Assembly: GCA_944366945.1 (NCBI GenBank)
Contig: CALVWJ010000001.1
Coordinates: 1-64,000, forward strand
Source: an uncultured Clostridia bacterium
GTDB lineage: Bacteria > Bacillota > Clostridia > Christensenellales > CAG-138
Direction of reading: 5' to 3'
DNA: 64,000 bases
The notes beneath the pieces are model-generated. The model saw nothing but the letters and a program-made list of their open reading frames with translations, was not told where the DNA came from and did no database searches. Position numbers and translations under genes: made by a program. Below are positions 59,954 through 64,000 of the stretch, in pieces; the first letter of the stretch is position 1, and every line of letters starts with the position of its first letter.

Positions 59954-62092
59954 ATGGGAGCACCCAGCGTTTCTTACAAGAAAAGACTGCTCGCAGCTTT
60001 AATCGTGGTCGCCACCCTGTTTGCGGCGCTCATCGGGCGGCTGTTCTATATTCAGATCATCCAGAGCGATGCTTTGCAGGAGCGCGCGCTTTCCCAATGG
60101 ACGCGGGATACCTCCCTTTCCGCAGCGCGCGGGAATATCCTGGATGCAACGGGCGTGGTGCTTGCCCAAAGCGGCACAGCTTATAAGGTGGTCCTTTGGC
60201 CGAAAAGCATCGAGGCGGATGAGCGGGAGCGTGTTGCAACGGAGCTTGCAGAACTGCTTGGAATGGATTATGCGAACGTGCTTTCCAAGGTCAGCGATAC
60301 CTCCAAACAGGAGATCATCCTGGCCCGCCGCGTGGAACGCGAAGTGATCGATCAGATCTCAGCGCGAAAGCTCGGAATGGGCGTGGGTTCTGCGATTGAT
60401 ACAAAACGATATTATCCTTCGGGAAGCTTGTTTTCCCAGCTTCTCGGGTTTACCACGGTGGATGGCGTCGGGCAATCCGGGCTCGAGCAAAAGTATGATA
60501 AGTACCTTGCCGGCGAGAATGGCCGCATGATCACGGAAACCGATCGCGATGGCAACACGCTCGCTTATGGCGTACAGGAAATTATTGAGCCTGTGGATGG
60601 TTATAACCTGGTGTTAACAGTGGATAGTGTGTACCAGGCGGCACTTGAAAAAGCGTGCAAGGAAGCGCTTGAGGTAAACGACGCAAAAACGGCGCAGGGC
60701 ATCCTTATGAACTGCAAAACGGGAGAGATTCTTGCCATTACCACCCAGCCGGATTATGATCCAAACGACCCGCCGCGCAATGATGCGGAGCTACTCGCTT
60801 CGGTTACGCGCAACCGCATTGTGGCCGATGCATATGAACCGGGCTCTACGTTCAAGCTGATAACGCTGGCTTCTGCCCTTGACAGCAACGCGATTGATGA
60901 AACCTTCAACATCAACTGCCCGGGCTACCACATCGTGAACGGGGAAAAGATCCGCTGCTGGAAATCGGGCGGCCACGGCCAGCAAAACCTTTTTGAAGTG
61001 GCGCAAAACTCGTGTAACCCTGCCTTTATGGCAATGGCGCAGGCCATGGGCGTGGAGACGTTCTATGAATACATTTACGCTTTTGGCTTTGGGTCCTCTA
61101 CGGGAAGCAACATCACGGGCGAGGCAAGCGGCATCGTGACGCATCAGAAATATATTACAGAAAACACCCTTGCGCGCATCGGATTTGGCCAGAGCATCGC
61201 GGTAACGCCCCTTCAATTGGCAACGGCCGTCTGCGCGGTGGTCAACGGCGGGAATTTGATGCAGCCCTATGTGCTGGATCGGATCGTGGCGAATGATGGT
61301 ACGGTGATCCTTCAGAATGAGCCCACGGTTGTGCGCCGGGTAATCAGCGAGGAAACCTCCGCATTGGTACGGCAAATTGCAGAAAGCGTGGTTTCCGATG
61401 GCAGCGGCCGCAACGCTGCAATCCCGGGATACCGCATTGGCGGCAAAACGGGTACAGCGCAAAAATATGAGGATGGGAAGATCGCAGAGGGCAAACTGGT
61501 CGCCTCATTCATCGGCTTTGCACCTGCGGATGATCCGGAATTCGTGTGCCTCATCCTTGTGGATGAACCGCAGGTGGGTACGATCTTTGGAAGCACGGTG
61601 GCGGCGCCGTTTGTGAAGCAGATGCTGGAAGAGACGCTGCGCCATGCGGGTTACTTGCCGGAGGGCAGCGAGGAATCCGTTGCCGTTCCAGCGCTTACCG
61701 GGCTAACCATTGCAGAAGCGGAGGATGCCCTGGAGGAGCTCGGCCTTGTTGCTACGGTGCAGGATGACCCTTCCGAGCTAGTTACCGCGCAAGTGCCGGC
61801 CGAAGGCCAGACGGCTGTGAAAGGTTCGGGTGTGTTGCTATATACGGAAAGCACCAGCATAGAGCTTTCGGAAGAAGACTCAAATGAACCGGAACTTGTC
61901 ACGGTGCCCAACGTAGTTGGCATGACGCGCCTTGCGGCGAGCGATGCGCTTGCTGCAAAAGGGCTTAAGATCCGAATCAGCCCGGAGGATCAAACCGGAG
62001 AAGCAATTCGGCAGTCCCCCGCCGCAGGCGAAAGCGTTGCGGCAGGCACAGAGGTACTTGTTGAATTTTCCGATACCAATATCGGAGATTGA
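59954..62092 (+). CDS. Class B penicillin-binding protein (FtsI/SpoVD-like) with two C-terminal PASTA domains
   Basis: Transpeptidase motifs STFK, SCN and KTGT, followed by two PASTA repeats. Confidence 0.85.
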   Translation: MGAPSVSYKKRLLAALIVVATLFAALIGRLFYIQIIQSDALQERALSQWTRDTSLSAARGNILDATGVVLAQSGTAYKVVLWPKSIEADERERVATELAELLGMDYANVLSKVSDTSKQEIILARRVEREVIDQISARKLGMGVGSAIDTKRYYPSGSLFSQLLGFTTVDGVGQSGLEQKYDKYLAGENGRMITETDRDGNTLAYGVQEIIEPVDGYNLVLTVDSVYQAALEKACKEALEVNDAKTAQGILMNCKTGEILAITTQPDYDPNDPPRNDAELLASVTRNRIVADAYEPGSTFKLITLASALDSNAIDETFNINCPGYHIVNGEKIRCWKSGGHGQQNLFEVAQNSCNPAFMAMAQAMGVETFYEYIYAFGFGSSTGSNITGEASGIVTHQKYITENTLARIGFGQSIAVTPLQLATAVCAVVNGGNLMQPYVLDRIVANDGTVILQNEPTVVRRVISEETSALVRQIAESVVSDGSGRNAAIPGYRIGGKTGTAQKYEDGKIAEGKLVASFIGFAPADDPEFVCLILVDEPQVGTIFGSTVAAPFVKQMLEETLRHAGYLPEGSEESVAVPALTGLTIAEAEDALEELGLVATVQDDPSELVTAQVPAEGQTAVKGSGVLLYTESTSIELSEEDSNEPELVTVPNVVGMTRLAASDALAAKGLKIRISPEDQTGEAIRQSPAAGESVAAGTEVLVEFSDTNIGD

Positions 62093-62152
62093 AGAAAAAT
62101 GTGGCGCTGCTGAAATAGGCAGCTCAAGGATAGAAAGGGAAACGGCGTAAAG

Positions 62153-63598
62153 ATGCGGCTATCTGAATTGGAAAATGCAACGGCATGCGAAAGGCGAACG
62201 GGTGATGACCTCCCGATCGCTGCGTTGCAATACAATTCGCGCAAAGTTGGCAAGGGGGATTTGTTCTTTTGCATTGTTGGCACTTTTGCTGACGGCCACA
62301 CCTATGCAGCACAGGCCGTAGAAGCAGGCGCAGCAGCCCTTGTTGTGGAACGCGAGCTCCCCCTGCCAGTCCCGCAGGTTATAGTGAAAAACACGCGCAT
62401 TGCCATGGCAGAAATGGCGGCGGCGTTTTATGGATATCCTGCGCGGGGCATGCGCATTGTGGGCGTGACAGGTACCAACGGGAAAACCAGCACCACCTAT
62501 ATGCTCAAAGCGATTGCGGAGCAGTGCGGCTGGAAGGTTGGGCTGATCGGAACCATCCGCAACCTCATTGGAACGCGGATTATCGATACGGAGCGGACAA
62601 CGCCGGAAAGCGTTGACCTGCAGCGCATCCTGCGCGAGATGAAAGAGGAAGGCGTAGACCTTGTGGTGATGGAGGTTTCCTCCCATTCGCTGGATCAGAA
62701 CCGCGTGCATGGCATCGCGTTTGAAACAGCCATTTTCACCAACTTAACGCAGGACCACCTGGACTATCATAAAACATTTGAAAACTATTTCGCGGCAAAG
62801 ATGCGCATTTTCGCGCAGGCGCAGCAAGCTGTGGTAAACCGGGATGACCCCCATGCGGAACGCATTCTTGGGGAGCTTTCCATCCCCTACAAAACCTTTG
62901 GCATTCGGGAGAAAGCCGATGTTTCCGCCGCTGAAATCGACATCACAACGCGCGGCGTGCAGTTCGATATGCATTGTGCGCTTGGAAACGTGCGGATGTA
63001 TGTTCCCATCCCCGGGCTGTTCAGCGTATTCAATGCGATGGGCGCCGCCGCTGCTGCAATGCAGCTTGGGCTTCCGCTCTCCGCAGTGAAGAACGGGATT
63101 GAAACCATGGGCAGCGTTTCCGGCCGGCTGGAGCCTTTGCCCACTGGCGGGCGGGATTTTACAGTGCTCTTGGATTATGCGCACACGCCGGATGCCCTTG
63201 AGAATATCTTAAAAACCGCACGCGGCTTTGCAGAGGGGCGTATTGTTACGCTCTTTGGGTGCGGAGGCGATCGTGACCATGCCAAACGCCCCATCATGGG
63301 CGAAATTGCCGGGCGCTTTTCGGATTTCCTCATCGTTACGAGCGATAACCCGCGCTCGGAGGACCCGATGGCGATCATCGAGGCAGTGCTTGAAGGCGTG
63401 CAGAAATCCGCGTGCCCGTACGTGGTCGTAGAGAACCGTTATGAGGCTATCCGCTATGCTCTTTCGCATGCAAAACCGAAAGATGTAATTATTCTTGCAG
63501 GAAAAGGCCATGAAAACTACCAGGAGGTGGGCGGCGGGAAGCGCCGCTTCGACGAAAAGGAGATCGTGGCCGAACTGCTTGGCACGAACGAGAAATAA
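62153..63598 (+). CDS. murE: UDP-N-acetylmuramoyl-L-alanyl-D-glutamate--2,6-diaminopimelate ligase
   Basis: Mur ligase P-loop GVTGTNGKTST. DNPR motif near the C-terminus, typical of meso-DAP-adding MurE. Confidence 0.9.
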   Translation: MRLSELENATACERRTGDDLPIAALQYNSRKVGKGDLFFCIVGTFADGHTYAAQAVEAGAAALVVERELPLPVPQVIVKNTRIAMAEMAAAFYGYPARGMRIVGVTGTNGKTSTTYMLKAIAEQCGWKVGLIGTIRNLIGTRIIDTERTTPESVDLQRILREMKEEGVDLVVMEVSSHSLDQNRVHGIAFETAIFTNLTQDHLDYHKTFENYFAAKMRIFAQAQQAVVNRDDPHAERILGELSIPYKTFGIREKADVSAAEIDITTRGVQFDMHCALGNVRMYVPIPGLFSVFNAMGAAAAAMQLGLPLSAVKNGIETMGSVSGRLEPLPTGGRDFTVLLDYAHTPDALENILKTARGFAEGRIVTLFGCGGDRDHAKRPIMGEIAGRFSDFLIVTSDNPRSEDPMAIIEAVLEGVQKSACPYVVVENRYEAIRYALSHAKPKDVIILAGKGHENYQEVGGGKRRFDEKEIVAELLGTNEK

Positions 63599-63636
63599 CC
63601 TGCGGGCACATTGCCCGGTTGGATTGGGAGGATGCT

Positions 63637-64000
63637 ATGGAATATCCGATTTACGCATTGCTGTTGGCGGCGATCGTTACGATTGCGCTGGGGCCGCTGC
63701 TCATCCCGCTCTTGAAACGGCTGAAATTCGGGCAAACCGAACGTGATGATGGGCCACAATCGCATTTGAAGAAAACGGGAACCCCCACAATGGGCGGCAT
63801 CATGTTTATCATCGGCATCCTGGTGGGAACGCTGGCGTTTTCCCTCAATGCAACAGAGCTTGCGTTGCCCGCACTGCTTGTGACGGCAGGGTTCGCGCTC
63901 GTAGGGTTCCTGGATGATTTTTTGAAGGTGCGGTATAAAAATACCGTTGGCCTCAAGGCGTATCAAAAGATCATTGCACAGTTTGGAATCGCGCTGATTC
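63637..64000 (+). CDS. mraY: Phospho-N-acetylmuramoyl-pentapeptide transferase MraY (5' part; continues past window end)
   Basis: N-terminal TM topology plus the conserved GTPTMGG and DD..K motifs. Confidence 0.85.
   Translation, partial: MEYPIYALLLAAIVTIALGPLLIPLLKRLKFGQTERDDGPQSHLKKTGTPTMGGIMFIIGILVGTLAFSLNATELALPALLVTAGFALVGFLDDFLKVRYKNTVGLKAYQKIIAQFGIALI

Overview
High-GC Clostridia-type chromosomal segment, gene-dense and mostly on the + strand. Layout from left to right: (1) 1-4960, a decayed Tn916-family/clostridial ICE remnant (PcfB, a deletion-truncated TraG/VirD4 fragment, Orf7-like sigma factor, Orf8-like HTH, Xis, Int) abutting a minus-strand tRNA-Leu(CAA), with a partial tRNA repeat beyond it. 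(2) Housekeeping and envelope genes: DUF4349 and SIMPL lipoproteins, a DUF1836-NfeD-flotillin operon, and T-box-controlled valS. (3) A 7.8-kb gene for a cyclic beta-1,2-glucan synthase-like GT84+GH94 membrane protein. (4) YgiQ radical SAM, followed by a hydC(nuoE-like)...hydB(nuoF-like) operon interrupted by a putative H2-sensing module (HydS-like non-catalytic [FeFe] hydrogenase, two GHKL Ser-kinase-like ATPases, PHP phosphoesterase, two DRTGG proteins, a 2Fe-2S ferredoxin), with no catalytic hydA anywhere in the window. (5) A ZIP transporter and a selenium-dependent molybdenum hydroxylase maturation cluster (yqeB, yqeC, xdhC, THEP1-like NTPase) around a FecCD/TroA-type ABC importer with an embedded SAM methyltransferase, with no hydroxylase structural genes in the window. 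(6) tig-clpP-clpX-lonB-lonA-engB, then the start of the dcw cluster (mraZ-rsmH-ftsL-PBP-murE-mraY, no murF). Several long non-coding gaps (about 500-800 bp) remain unexplained. Many long antisense ORFs in the six-frame track are GC-driven artefacts.
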